Source: Psychrosphaera sp.
Lineage (GTDB): Bacteria > Pseudomonadota > Gammaproteobacteria > Enterobacterales > Alteromonadaceae
Reading direction: 5' to 3'
Assembly: GCA_965200905.1 (NCBI GenBank)
Contig: CBDAVN010000015.1
Span: 112,332 to 136,331 of the forward strand
Length of the DNA: 24,000 bases
Shown here: positions 10,003 through 18,237 of the stretch, one piece after another
Numbering within the stretch: position 1 is the stretch's first letter
Layout of the letters: the number at the start of each line of letters is the position of its first letter
Program-made: the position numbers and the translations under genes
Notes under the pieces: generated by a model
Database searches by the model: none
Told to the model about the DNA's origin: nothing
Seen by the model: the letters and a program-made list of their open reading frames with translations, nothing else

Positions 10003-10786
10003 GTTTACTTTATCGATCTTATCAATTTTACTTATTTTGCCCGCCTCAATTTATGCTAGTGAACAAGGAGATCCAGTTAGAGGTCTGGAAATAGCTAAAG
10101 CCAGATATAAGAAATTTAATGGTTACTCAGACTACCAAGTTTCGCAAACAATGACCTTATTCAACGCAAACGGTGAAAGCACAGTATTTAAAATGCGGAG
10201 TAAGTCTTTAGCTGTAGATGATGACGGAGATAAAAGTTTATCACTGTTCGACTACCCAAGAGATAAAAAAGGTATTGTAATACTTACCCATACTCGCAGA
10301 TTTGGTGACGATGACAGTATGTTATATCTGCCAGCGTTGAAACGAGTAAAACGGATAGTCGCCAGTAATAAATCAGGACCTTATATGGGTAGTGATTTTG
10401 CCTATGAAGATTTAGGCTCAAAGGAAATAGAAAAGGCTGATTACTTTTATCTAGGGGAAGAACAAATCGACGGACACCCCACCTATAAGATGAAGCGCAT
10501 ACCAAAGTCCCCAAATAGTGGCTACAGCAAAATGTTAGTTTGGACAGATACTGAAAATTTGCGGATATTGCGGGCCGATTACTATGATCGCAAAGGTGCA
10601 TTACTGAAAACGCTAACTTACAGTGACTTTAACCTCCACGAAGAGCGCTTTTGGAGAGCGCACAAGTCAGTGATGGCTAACCACCAAACCAATACTAAAA
10701 CAGAAATTATTATTGATGATATTCAGTTTAACAATGGTTTTTATGCTCAGGAATTCGAGCGAAATGCGCTGAAGCGAGCTCGCTAA
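9995..10786 (+). CDS. Periplasmic LolA-like 'outer membrane lipoprotein-sorting' family protein
   Basis: The ORF track starts at TTG 9974. I prefer ATG 9995, which overlaps the upstream stop (ATGCTTAA) and yields a clean signal peptide MLKFTLSILSILLILPASIYA/SE. It carries the family signature MLYLPALKRVKRIVASNKSGPYMGSDFAYEDL. Confidence 0.75.
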   Translation: MLKFTLSILSILLILPASIYASEQGDPVRGLEIAKARYKKFNGYSDYQVSQTMTLFNANGESTVFKMRSKSLAVDDDGDKSLSLFDYPRDKKGIVILTHTRRFGDDDSMLYLPALKRVKRIVASNKSGPYMGSDFAYEDLGSKEIEKADYFYLGEEQIDGHPTYKMKRIPKSPNSGYSKMLVWTDTENLRILRADYYDRKGALLKTLTYSDFNLHEERFWRAHKSVMANHQTNTKTEIIIDDIQFNNGFYAQEFERNALKRAR

Positions 10787-10797
10787 AGGAAAGTCTT

Positions 10798-12159
10798 ATG
10801 GATAATTCGGCTATTTCGTCAAATAGAACGGACGAACTTTGTGACAATAGTTTATTGAAAAACCGTAACTTTATACTGCACTTTTTCGGTTCAACAATAT
10901 CAGGTTTTGGTGACGCTTTTACGCTTGTAGCGCTTCCGTGGCTTGTACTTGAAGTAACTAACAGTCCAATACATTTAGGTCTCATTATGGCTGCAGCAGG
11001 GGTACCAAGAGCAATAGTGATGCTATTAGGTGGGGCTTTAATTGACAAGGTAGGAGCAGCGGCAACTTTGCTATGGTCACGTGTGATGTTTTTTATTTTG
11101 TTGTCTGTGCTTGCCTCGCTAATTTGGCAGCAAAATCTTGAACTCTGGATGTTGTACGCTTTTTCCTTTGCTTCAGGGGTATTAGGAGCCTTTGCTCTGC
11201 CAGCTGCAGAATCACTGTTGCCTTTACTAGTAAAGCAACTGCAACTACCAAAGGCTAATGGACTGATACTTGGTGGGGAGCAGTTCGGCTACTTGATAGC
11301 ACCTGCTATATCTGGAGGAATGATCTGGTGGGTATCTAATAGTAACCAAGCAACAGGACACGAGTTAGATGGTCTGGCTCTTATCTTTGCTATAGATGCA
11401 CTAACCTTTCTATTCGCCGTTATTTCACTGCTAGCAGTGAAACTAAAGAGACAAAAAAAAGCAACTATCAACTATAGTTTTTGGAAAATGACTATAGATG
11501 GCTTCAGGCATATTAAACAGGATCAATCATTACTGGCATTCACTATATTTTTAATGTTGTTTGGATTTCTCGGCAATGGGCCATTTTTTGGTTTAATGCC
11601 ACTCTTTGCAAAGCAAAATTTTACAGATGGTTCAGCAACATTAGGAGTACTAATGTCAATTAATGGGGCTGGTGCTATTACGGGCATCTTAATTGGGAGC
11701 TTGTTGCGACCCAAGCCTAGCCAATTAGGTCCATTTCTTATGTCAGGATACTTGTTAACAGGTTTAGGTTTTGCCAGCCTTTCAGCTACTGACGGGATGT
11801 TATCGGCTTCAATTACTATATATCTCACAGGTATGGGTTGTAGTTGGTCAATGGTAGCAGGTATTAGTTGGATACAGGTAAGAGTACCAGAGACACTCTT
11901 AGGCCGAGCCATTAGTATCATAATGTTTGCTTTTCTAGGTTTAGTACCTTTATCCATAAGTTTAAATGGATTTATGGCCAACTATTTTAATGTCCAAAAC
12001 GTGATGCTGGTTTACGGTACTTTGTTAGCATTGGTCTCGGTTTTGGCACTCACTCTATCGAGTATTCGCTCTATGGGAGTAACTTCTGGCTCATCAAAAC
12101 AAACATTTCAAGGATCCGGACAACAGGAATTGCTATCAAACGAACAAGGAGTCTTATGA
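10798..12159 (+). CDS. MFS transporter (EntS/DHA3-like efflux pump)
   Basis: 453 aa with AAGGAAA upstream. About 12 predicted TM segments. The N-terminal NRNFILHFFGSTISGFGDAFTLVALPWLVLEVTNSP is typical of the enterobactin-exporter-like MFS subfamily. Confidence 0.8.
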   Translation: MDNSAISSNRTDELCDNSLLKNRNFILHFFGSTISGFGDAFTLVALPWLVLEVTNSPIHLGLIMAAAGVPRAIVMLLGGALIDKVGAAATLLWSRVMFFILLSVLASLIWQQNLELWMLYAFSFASGVLGAFALPAAESLLPLLVKQLQLPKANGLILGGEQFGYLIAPAISGGMIWWVSNSNQATGHELDGLALIFAIDALTFLFAVISLLAVKLKRQKKATINYSFWKMTIDGFRHIKQDQSLLAFTIFLMLFGFLGNGPFFGLMPLFAKQNFTDGSATLGVLMSINGAGAITGILIGSLLRPKPSQLGPFLMSGYLLTGLGFASLSATDGMLSASITIYLTGMGCSWSMVAGISWIQVRVPETLLGRAISIIMFAFLGLVPLSISLNGFMANYFNVQNVMLVYGTLLALVSVLALTLSSIRSMGVTSGSSKQTFQGSGQQELLSNEQGVL

Positions 12160-13040
12160 TGGAGTACGTAATAGATAAAAAACAGCAGATCACTGAGGTT
12201 GAATTTCGCAACCACTATCTAGATAAAAAGCCACTACTGCTAAAAGGTTTCACTACTGAGTCTAGGTGTATACAAAAGTGGTCGCTAGATTATTTTAGCC
12301 AGCACTTTGCTGGCCTGCAAATAGCAACCAAAGAATTTATGCCAGAGCAAATTAAAGTACACCACACTACTATGGGAGAATATATAACGTCACTTCGTAA
12401 CTACTTTGCAAAAATGGAGCAAGGTAAAGCATGCTCTCTCCCACCTTATTGTCATGATATACCTATTTTTAATATAGCCCCAGCACTCATAAAAGATGTT
12501 GAAGGTTTTCCAAGCAATTGGTTACCCAAATGGTACCAAACGAATTGGTGGCTTTTTTGCCAGTTTTTTATGTCTGTCGAAGGCAGCGTTACCCCATTAC
12601 ACTTCGATACTTTACGCACTCATAATCTATTTTTTCAGGTGCAAGGACGCAAACGCTTTACTCTCATCCCGTGGGAAAAGAGTAAAGCGTGTGATCGCAG
12701 AGGGTGGCGTTGGTTTAACGCAGATCCAGAAGCTTCGGAACATAATAACCCTCACAATTTTGATAGTGTTCCACGAGTTATCGTTGACGTTGAACCTGGC
12801 GACATACTCTATATGCCAGCCGGAACACTTCACCATGTCAGAAGTCTCGATTTCTGTATCTCGTTCAATATAGATTTTCACACCCGAGCAAGTTTGCTCC
12901 AAACTGTCCCCGCTATAGCAAATGGTATGCCGCTGGAAAATATTTACTACAACTTACTAAGTGCACTAGGGGTCGTATGTGGTTTGCCTCAAAAGTTGCT
13001 GTTTCCACTTTATAGAAAATATCTAAATTACATCTCTTAA
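12156..13040 (+). CDS. JmjC/cupin-8 type Fe(II)/2-oxoglutarate-dependent oxygenase
   Basis: 294 aa. The start ATG overlaps the MFS stop (ATGA), with AAGGAG upstream. An HxD...H facial triad is visible (TPLHFDTLRTHN ... PAGTLHHVRS), and FFQVQGRKRFTLIP is typical of the JmjC double-stranded beta-helix. Confidence 0.7.
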   Translation: MMEYVIDKKQQITEVEFRNHYLDKKPLLLKGFTTESRCIQKWSLDYFSQHFAGLQIATKEFMPEQIKVHHTTMGEYITSLRNYFAKMEQGKACSLPPYCHDIPIFNIAPALIKDVEGFPSNWLPKWYQTNWWLFCQFFMSVEGSVTPLHFDTLRTHNLFFQVQGRKRFTLIPWEKSKACDRRGWRWFNADPEASEHNNPHNFDSVPRVIVDVEPGDILYMPAGTLHHVRSLDFCISFNIDFHTRASLLQTVPAIANGMPLENIYYNLLSALGVVCGLPQKLLFPLYRKYLNYIS

Positions 13041-13061
13041 AAAATATGTGCGATTCGACCA

Positions 13062-14315
13062 ATGTTGTCCTGTCGCACTATGAAATTAAACTTTAACCAT
13101 GCATTTAATATTATGAAAAATATTCCCCCCTTTAACTTTATTATACTAATCAACTTGATCTTTATTCCTTTAATAAGTAAAGCAAGTACAAATGACTTTT
13201 CAGGTTCAATAGAAGCGCAAAGTTTTATTTTTACTGAATCTCCCCGTTTGGCTGCTCAACCAAGTACTCAATTATCCACTATTGCCGAGCTAGAGTGGTA
13301 CCAAGATTGGAACTCGGGTAGCAGCAGCCTTACATTTAAACCTTATCTAAGGGTTGATAATCGAGATAGCGAACGTAACTTGCTTGATATAAGAGAGCTA
13401 GCTTGGAGATATACACAAAAAAACTGGGAGCTTGGTTTTGGTATATATAAGGTATTTTGGGGGCAAACAGAATCACAACATAGAGTCGATATTATTAACC
13501 AGACAGACACCCTCGCGAGTGTAGATGGTGAAGAAAAGCTCGGGCAACCCATGGTACAACTGTCTTTTTACCGAGATTGGGGCGCACTAGAGTTTTATTG
13601 GCTACCTATATTTAGACCACAACAATTTGCCTCAGAAAAAAGTCGATTTATTCCCGAACTTAGCATCACAAAAGAAAACTCCTACCAATCAGCAAGGAAA
13701 GATAAAGCAATGGATTGGGCTATTCGATGGAGCCAGATGTTAGGAGATCTTGAGCTAGGTCTATCTCACTTCTACGGCACTACAAGGTCTCCTCAGCTAA
13801 ATAAGATTAATCAAGATAACGAAGTGCTATATCAGCCTTACTATAATCGCATTGAACAAAGTGGATTAGATCTGCTCTACTTATGGAATGAGTGGGTTTG
13901 GAAATTAGAGGCAATTCACAGAAGTTTTAAAGGTGGTGCATTTACGGCGGTAACAACAGGGTTCGAATATACTCAAATAGACTTGTTCCAGTCAGCCGTA
14001 GATCTAGGCTGGGTAGTCGAATATTCGACTAACTCCAACCCCAACTTATCAGGCGACATTGCTCAGAATGATATTTTTATTGGTAACCGACTTACATTTA
14101 ATGATGCGGCCGATAGTGAACTGCTGTTCGGCATTAACCAAGATCTAGGTGACTCTTCTTCATACTCAGTAATATTAGAGGGCAGTACCCGCTTAAGTGG
14201 TAGCCTTAGAGCAACATTAAACCTTTATCTATTCAATGCCAGTGACCCTCTAGACCCAATGCATTACTTGGATAAGGATGACTTTATGCAATTAAATCTA
14301 GAGTACTTTTTCTGA
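13062..14315 (+). CDS. Secreted protein, probable outer-membrane beta-barrel (family not recognised)
   Basis: 417 aa. In-frame ATGs at 13080 and 13113 are alternative starts; 13113 gives a canonical signal peptide MKNIPPFNFIILINLIFIPLISKA/ST. It has alternating amphipathic strands and a C-terminal aromatic end ...LNLEYFF, typical of BAM substrates. Confidence 0.6.
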   Translation: MLSCRTMKLNFNHAFNIMKNIPPFNFIILINLIFIPLISKASTNDFSGSIEAQSFIFTESPRLAAQPSTQLSTIAELEWYQDWNSGSSSLTFKPYLRVDNRDSERNLLDIRELAWRYTQKNWELGFGIYKVFWGQTESQHRVDIINQTDTLASVDGEEKLGQPMVQLSFYRDWGALEFYWLPIFRPQQFASEKSRFIPELSITKENSYQSARKDKAMDWAIRWSQMLGDLELGLSHFYGTTRSPQLNKINQDNEVLYQPYYNRIEQSGLDLLYLWNEWVWKLEAIHRSFKGGAFTAVTTGFEYTQIDLFQSAVDLGWVVEYSTNSNPNLSGDIAQNDIFIGNRLTFNDAADSELLFGINQDLGDSSSYSVILEGSTRLSGSLRATLNLYLFNASDPLDPMHYLDKDDFMQLNLEYFF

Positions 14316-15065
14316 ACACACTCTGCTGCTTGTTAGTAGTTGTGAAACTATATATTCTTGGTCATCGTCAATAAAAAAGTGATCACCATTAAAAGTTTTA
14401 ATAGAAGTTTGACCTGTCGTTAATTCGAACCATTCACGCATTTCTTTATCAGATATACAGTCCTCATTACCAAGCCATGCATCAATAGGACAGTTCAGTA
14501 ATTCACAGTGGCTAAACTGGTACTGTTCATTTAGTCGAAAATCAGCACGTATTATAGGCATAAAAAATGCCATCAACTCGTCACTTTCATATATTCTCGC
14601 AGGAGTGCCATTTAACTTTTTCAGCTCAGCTAAAAAAAGATTATCAGGCAGCGACGAAATCGCTGTAGAAGTCAATGGTAAATTAGGCGGCCGTTTAGCT
14701 GACACTATCAACTTTCTGGGACTCTGTAGCCTAGCTCCCTGAATTCTCATAGCTAGCTCATAGCTAATTAACGCTCCTAAGCTATGGCCAAAAAAAACAT
14801 AAGGAATATCCAGCACACTTTGAATATCTTTATACAGAGCTTCAATAAGTTGTGACATTTCTGAACATAAAGGTTCAACAAAACGTCGCTCTCTGCCAGG
14901 GTAACATATAGCAGTTAGCTCAATATCTTTAGGTAGAAAATTAGACCAATTTCTAAATACTGCTGGACTACCTCCTGCATATGGAAAACAGAATATTCTT
15001 AGCTTCGCATCAGGATTCGGATTAAAAGTATCTAACCAGATTGAACTACCGTAATACTTTGACAT
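14298..15065 (-). CDS. Type II (editing) thioesterase of NRPS/PKS clusters
   Basis: 255 aa. It has FCFPYAGGS near the N-terminus, the GHSLGA nucleophile elbow and a C-terminal GDHFF (His of the triad). Its 3' end overlaps the convergent 13062-14315 gene by 18 bp. Confidence 0.9.
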   Translation of the reverse strand: MSKYYGSSIWLDTFNPNPDAKLRIFCFPYAGGSPAVFRNWSNFLPKDIELTAICYPGRERRFVEPLCSEMSQLIEALYKDIQSVLDIPYVFFGHSLGALISYELAMRIQGARLQSPRKLIVSAKRPPNLPLTSTAISSLPDNLFLAELKKLNGTPARIYESDELMAFFMPIIRADFRLNEQYQFSHCELLNCPIDAWLGNEDCISDKEMREWFELTTGQTSIKTFNGDHFFIDDDQEYIVSQLLTSSRVCSEKVL

Positions 15066-15117
15066 ACTATTGCTCAGTTTCGAAAGGTTCAGAGATTTTA
15101 ATAGATTAGTTCATATG

Positions 15118-15145
15118 GTACACCCGTCACATTAGACAGGTGTAC
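15118..15145. promoter_or_regulatory. 28-bp inverted repeat (GTACACCCGTC-N6-GACAGGTGTAC) containing a lux-box-like core (minus strand ACCTGTCTAATGTGACGGGT, 15122-15141) upstream of the thioesterase gene
   Basis: The 11-bp arms have one mismatch. The core matches the lux-box ends ACCTGT/ACrGGT. It sits 57 bp upstream of the thioesterase ATG (15065) and 18 nt downstream of the luxR-family stop. It could therefore also fold as a hairpin without a U-tract at the end of the luxR transcript. Confidence 0.45.
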
Positions 15146-15163
15146 TTATAAAAATAACGTTAG

Positions 15164-15904
15164 TTATAAAGAAGGCTTAACTAAGCCTTGCATAATTGCT
15201 TTAGCAACAGCATGTTGCCGGTTAGATGCGTTAAGCTTATTCATAACACTACTCAAATGAAACACAGCTGTACGTTCTGAAATATTCAAAATGGTAGATA
15301 TTTCCCAGGCTGTCTTCCCCTCACAAGCCCAAAAAATACACTCTTTTTCTCGAGATGACAGTTTAACTTCTTGTTTAGCAAAAGACTCTATATTTATACG
15401 TAGGTAGTTGTTGAGTAGTCTCGTTGCAAAGCTTTGTGCACTAGCCAAGCGATTTGTAAAACCATCTGCAAACACATTACTGTCTGACACAACTAAACTC
15501 AAAGTAGCAATCTCACCACTAGGTGCCTTCATTGGTATTGAGATACCATTTACTAACCCATATTGTTTGGCTTTTTCCATTACTTTGAGATGTTCAGCAC
15601 TACTGTAACCTTCCGACTGAATCAGTTGATCCCATCGAATAGGTACCGTATTTTCGAAGCAATAGTTCACCACGGGGTCATTTTTCTGTAGGTTTTCTGA
15701 AAAGTAGATATCAGTCCAATCCTTTGGATAGTTACTTAATACACCAAGTTTTGGTGATGTTAGCGTTTCAGTATCACAAACACCAAAAAGAAAAAAATCA
15801 GCCCCCAATAGTTTGCATAGTTTTTCACAAATATCCTTGAGCTGTTTTTTATCTACAGCGGTATCAAGATCATCAATTAGCCGCACAAATTCAATATTAT
15901 TCAT
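15164..15904 (-). CDS. luxR: LuxR-family AHL-responsive transcriptional regulator (autoinducer-binding domain + C-terminal HTH)
   Basis: 246 aa with GAGGGAA upstream. Conserved AHL-pocket residues are visible (KDWTDIYF, NDPVV, IRW, GLVNGISIP). The C-terminal LuxR-type HTH reads LSSREKECIFWACEGKTAWEISTILNISERTAVFHLSSVMNKLNASNRQHAV. Confidence 0.9.
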   Translation of the reverse strand: MNNIEFVRLIDDLDTAVDKKQLKDICEKLCKLLGADFFLFGVCDTETLTSPKLGVLSNYPKDWTDIYFSENLQKNDPVVNYCFENTVPIRWDQLIQSEGYSSAEHLKVMEKAKQYGLVNGISIPMKAPSGEIATLSLVVSDSNVFADGFTNRLASAQSFATRLLNNYLRINIESFAKQEVKLSSREKECIFWACEGKTAWEISTILNISERTAVFHLSSVMNKLNASNRQHAVAKAIMQGLVKPSL

Positions 15905-16373
15905 GGTTCCCTCAGACGTTTATTCTTATTGTCATTTCCTTTGCCACATTAAACTTCTCAGACAAACTATTAGCCTTGTATGCTATGTTGAATAAGTTAC
16001 AGTCAAGATAAGATCAAAACAATACTTTTTGTTAACCAAATGAAAATAAAGTTAATTATGGACCACCAAAAATTAAAATATTGCCATTAGAGCTATTTCC
16101 ATTCCCTAGCAAATTTAACGTGAAATAGTATTTCAATATAAATTTATTCCAAAATATTGACTTCCGCCTTAACCAACTATAAATAAAGGGATAGGGCTGT
16201 TCAAACACTTAACATTAGCAATACTCCATCGTGCGAGTTCCAATGTTCTCTTTTTTATGGTTGATTCCTACAACCATCAAAACTTAATTTCTGGGCGAAC
16301 TATTATACTTCTGGGTTGATTTGTATCCATTGAAAAAAACAAGCGATAAAAGATACTGATAACATAAATAAAC

Positions 16374-16388
16374 AAGCCATGACGGCTT
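16374..16388 (-). terminator. Weak hairpin (AAGCC-N5-GGCTT) followed on the minus strand by a T-rich tract; possible terminator of the 307-aa gene
   Basis: Seen by eye about 100 nt downstream of the stop at 16488. The stem is only 5 bp (plus 3 bp after a bulge), and the T-tract is interrupted (TTATTTATGTT). Confidence 0.25.
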
Positions 16389-16487
16389 TGTATTTAGCAT
16401 AGCTAGAAGGTAGACAGCTAATCTTTTTAGCTTTGACAAGCTCCGATACCGTAACAAGTTGCAGCACTAATCCTCATTAGTAAATGA

Positions 16488-17378
16488 TTAAGGCTTTGAT
16501 TGTAGGTGTACTATTAACCCTTGGGTTACCGTTTTTTGATAATTTAAATGCCAGTTTCCCACACGGTCAACAAAAGCAGAAAGCTCGCTGATAACTGCCA
16601 AATCATTTGATTTAGGTAACGCCAATACAATAGCTTCATCAATCAGTTTGTTTTTGATACAAGTAAATAGAAAGTCAATGTCGGTAAATAATGAAACTAC
16701 AGCCTTCTGCTTAGAACCTGTATATTTTTGTAACTTCTGTAAACTGGAAATTGAAGCAATTTCATTGCGTTCAATGACATCATTCATAATATTAAAGCAG
16801 GGAGAGAAATATAAAATATCAGCTTGATTAAAAGTATAAAATATAGCAGAAGACTCAGCTAACGGCTTTAGGGCACTCTCAATGAAACCAAAACTGCTCT
16901 GCATAAGAGAAATTGTGTTGGCATCGAAATTTCCCTGCCAAACCGATATACCAATAGTCCAAGGTCTCCCTCTGAGCTTCAGTGATAGTGCACCAGATAC
17001 CAACCCTTTAGCATGAGGCCTTGACTGTGGAAAAAAGCTGATCTGCCCAGAGTAACTTGAGCTCCAATCGCGAAATATTGGGTCACGGAGATAGTCTGGC
17101 AATTTGTGTGCAATATGAAGTTGTTCACAATTTGATCGAGTAATCATATCCAGCAGCATTTTTGTATTGCAGTTTTCGATAATTGGTTCGCAAGAACAGT
17201 AAAGATAGGCAATTTTCTCACTGTGTTGATTTATCAAATAACTGCTGCGATGTTTTTCGAATCCCGTCATACCAAATTGACTGCCAAGTATGTGGCCATT
17301 TTGATCAACTGCAGTAAATGCAAAGCCAGCACGTAAAGAAATAGAGCAGGCAAGTGACAAAGTATAATCGGATAACAT
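16488..17378 (-). CDS. Hypothetical protein between the luxR- and luxI-family genes (no recognisable motif)
   Basis: The ORF track gives 307 aa from a TTG at 17411. The first ATG is at 17378 (MLSDYTL..., 296 aa). It is a long uninterrupted ORF in an otherwise AT-rich region and has no signal peptide or TM segments. I could assign no family. Confidence 0.6.
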   Translation of the reverse strand: MLSDYTLSLACSISLRAGFAFTAVDQNGHILGSQFGMTGFEKHRSSYLINQHSEKIAYLYCSCEPIIENCNTKMLLDMITRSNCEQLHIAHKLPDYLRDPIFRDWSSSYSGQISFFPQSRPHAKGLVSGALSLKLRGRPWTIGISVWQGNFDANTISLMQSSFGFIESALKPLAESSAIFYTFNQADILYFSPCFNIMNDVIERNEIASISSLQKLQKYTGSKQKAVVSLFTDIDFLFTCIKNKLIDEAIVLALPKSNDLAVISELSAFVDRVGNWHLNYQKTVTQGLIVHLQSKP

Positions 17379-17497
17379 TTTTGACAATGGTTGCGACAAC
17401 GGAGGAAACAATTTACTACAAGCCTAAGCCCGTTTGCGCAAACACAGGCAATAACTAAAATGGCCAGCAAAACTATCAAATCAAGACAACAGAAGAA

Positions 17498-17517
17498 ACC
17501 TGTAACTTCTTACAGTT
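17498..17517. promoter_or_regulatory. lux-box-like dyad ACCTGTAACTTCTTACAGTT (CTGTAA-N4-TTACAG)
   Basis: It has 6-bp perfect arms, and 14 of 20 positions are self-complementary. It lies in the 247-bp divergent region between the 307-aa gene and the luxI-family gene. Its position suits a minus-strand promoter: GATAGT -10-like at 17472-17477 puts the box centre at about -42. Confidence 0.55.
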
Positions 17518-17576
17518 ACCATAAAAATAAAATTTAAGTGATTGTTATCAAAATAAAAAATAAGAAAATAGAGACA

Positions 17577-17596
17577 TACCGCAAGATCTGACAGGT
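17577..17596. promoter_or_regulatory. Second, less symmetric lux-box-like site TACCGCAAGATCTGACAGGT upstream of the luxI-family gene
   Basis: The right half ACAGGT is a perfect lux-box half-site. It shares the 9-mer GCAAGATCT with the box at 6274-6293. The centre is about 72 bp upstream of the luxI ATG, and a -10-like TAGTCT at 17619-17624 would put it near -44. The left half-site is poor. Confidence 0.4.
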
Positions 17597-17658
17597 AACC
17601 ATAGCCTTATTTCCTCACTAGTCTTTTTGAAACAAACTTACGACACGGACAGTGAGAA

Positions 17659-18237
17659 ATGAATAAAGTATATTTTGCGACGTCAAACCAACAAAACCAC
17701 GATTTAATTGAACAGATATATAGCTTACGGCATCAGACGTTTATAAAGAGGCTTGGTTGGGATATTACATCTGATAAGGGATTGGAGCAGGATAAATTTG
17801 ACTTTCTTGATCCTGTTCATATCGCAGTTACCGATACAAAAGACATAGTAAAAGGATGCTGGCGTGCCCTGCCTACGACTGGAGACTACATGTTGAAATC
17901 AGTCTTCCCACAATTATTACAAGGTGAAGATGCTCCCCAACAGGAGGATATTTGGGAGATAAGCAGACTCGCAGTACAAAAGTACTCTTCAAAGCCAGAA
18001 CATGGTTACATTAGTAACATATCTCTCGACCTAGTTCGTTCCTTTTATGACTTTGCTCAACTACATAACATTAGTTCATTTGTAACTGTCACTACAGTCG
18101 CTTGCGAACGAATGCTGAGACAATTAAACGTTACTTTGCGCAGAATGGGACAAGGCAAAGCACTGTGGATAGGCAAAGAATTATCAGTGGCTATTAAGAT
18201 CGAGGTAAATGAATCGTTAAAGATTTACAGAAACTGA
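17659..18237 (+). CDS. luxI: Acyl-homoserine-lactone synthase (LuxI family)
   Basis: 192 aa. It carries LuxI-family conserved blocks: LRHQTFIKRLGWDI, EQDKFD, CWRALPT and WEISRLAV. Confidence 0.9.
   Translation: MNKVYFATSNQQNHDLIEQIYSLRHQTFIKRLGWDITSDKGLEQDKFDFLDPVHIAVTDTKDIVKGCWRALPTTGDYMLKSVFPQLLQGEDAPQQEDIWEISRLAVQKYSSKPEHGYISNISLDLVRSFYDFAQLHNISSFVTVTTVACERMLRQLNVTLRRMGQGKALWIGKELSVAIKIEVNESLKIYRN

Noticed and set aside
7098-13552. Short ORFs overlapping the plus-strand operon (7098-7361, 7241-7435, 7543-7728, 8784-8975, 8950-9132, 10284-10601, 10728-11048, 11289-11471, 11523-11981, 12496-12873, 12627-12902, 13343-13552)
   Set aside because: They are nested in, or antisense to, confidently assigned genes and have no independent signals or recognisable motifs.
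15408-17479. ORFs 15408-15608 (+), 15813-15995 (+) and 17267-17479 (-)
   Set aside because: The first is antisense within the LuxR gene. The second spans the LuxR start and promoter. The third overlaps the 5' end of the 307-aa gene in another frame and runs into the lux-box region. None has an RBS or recognisable sequence.
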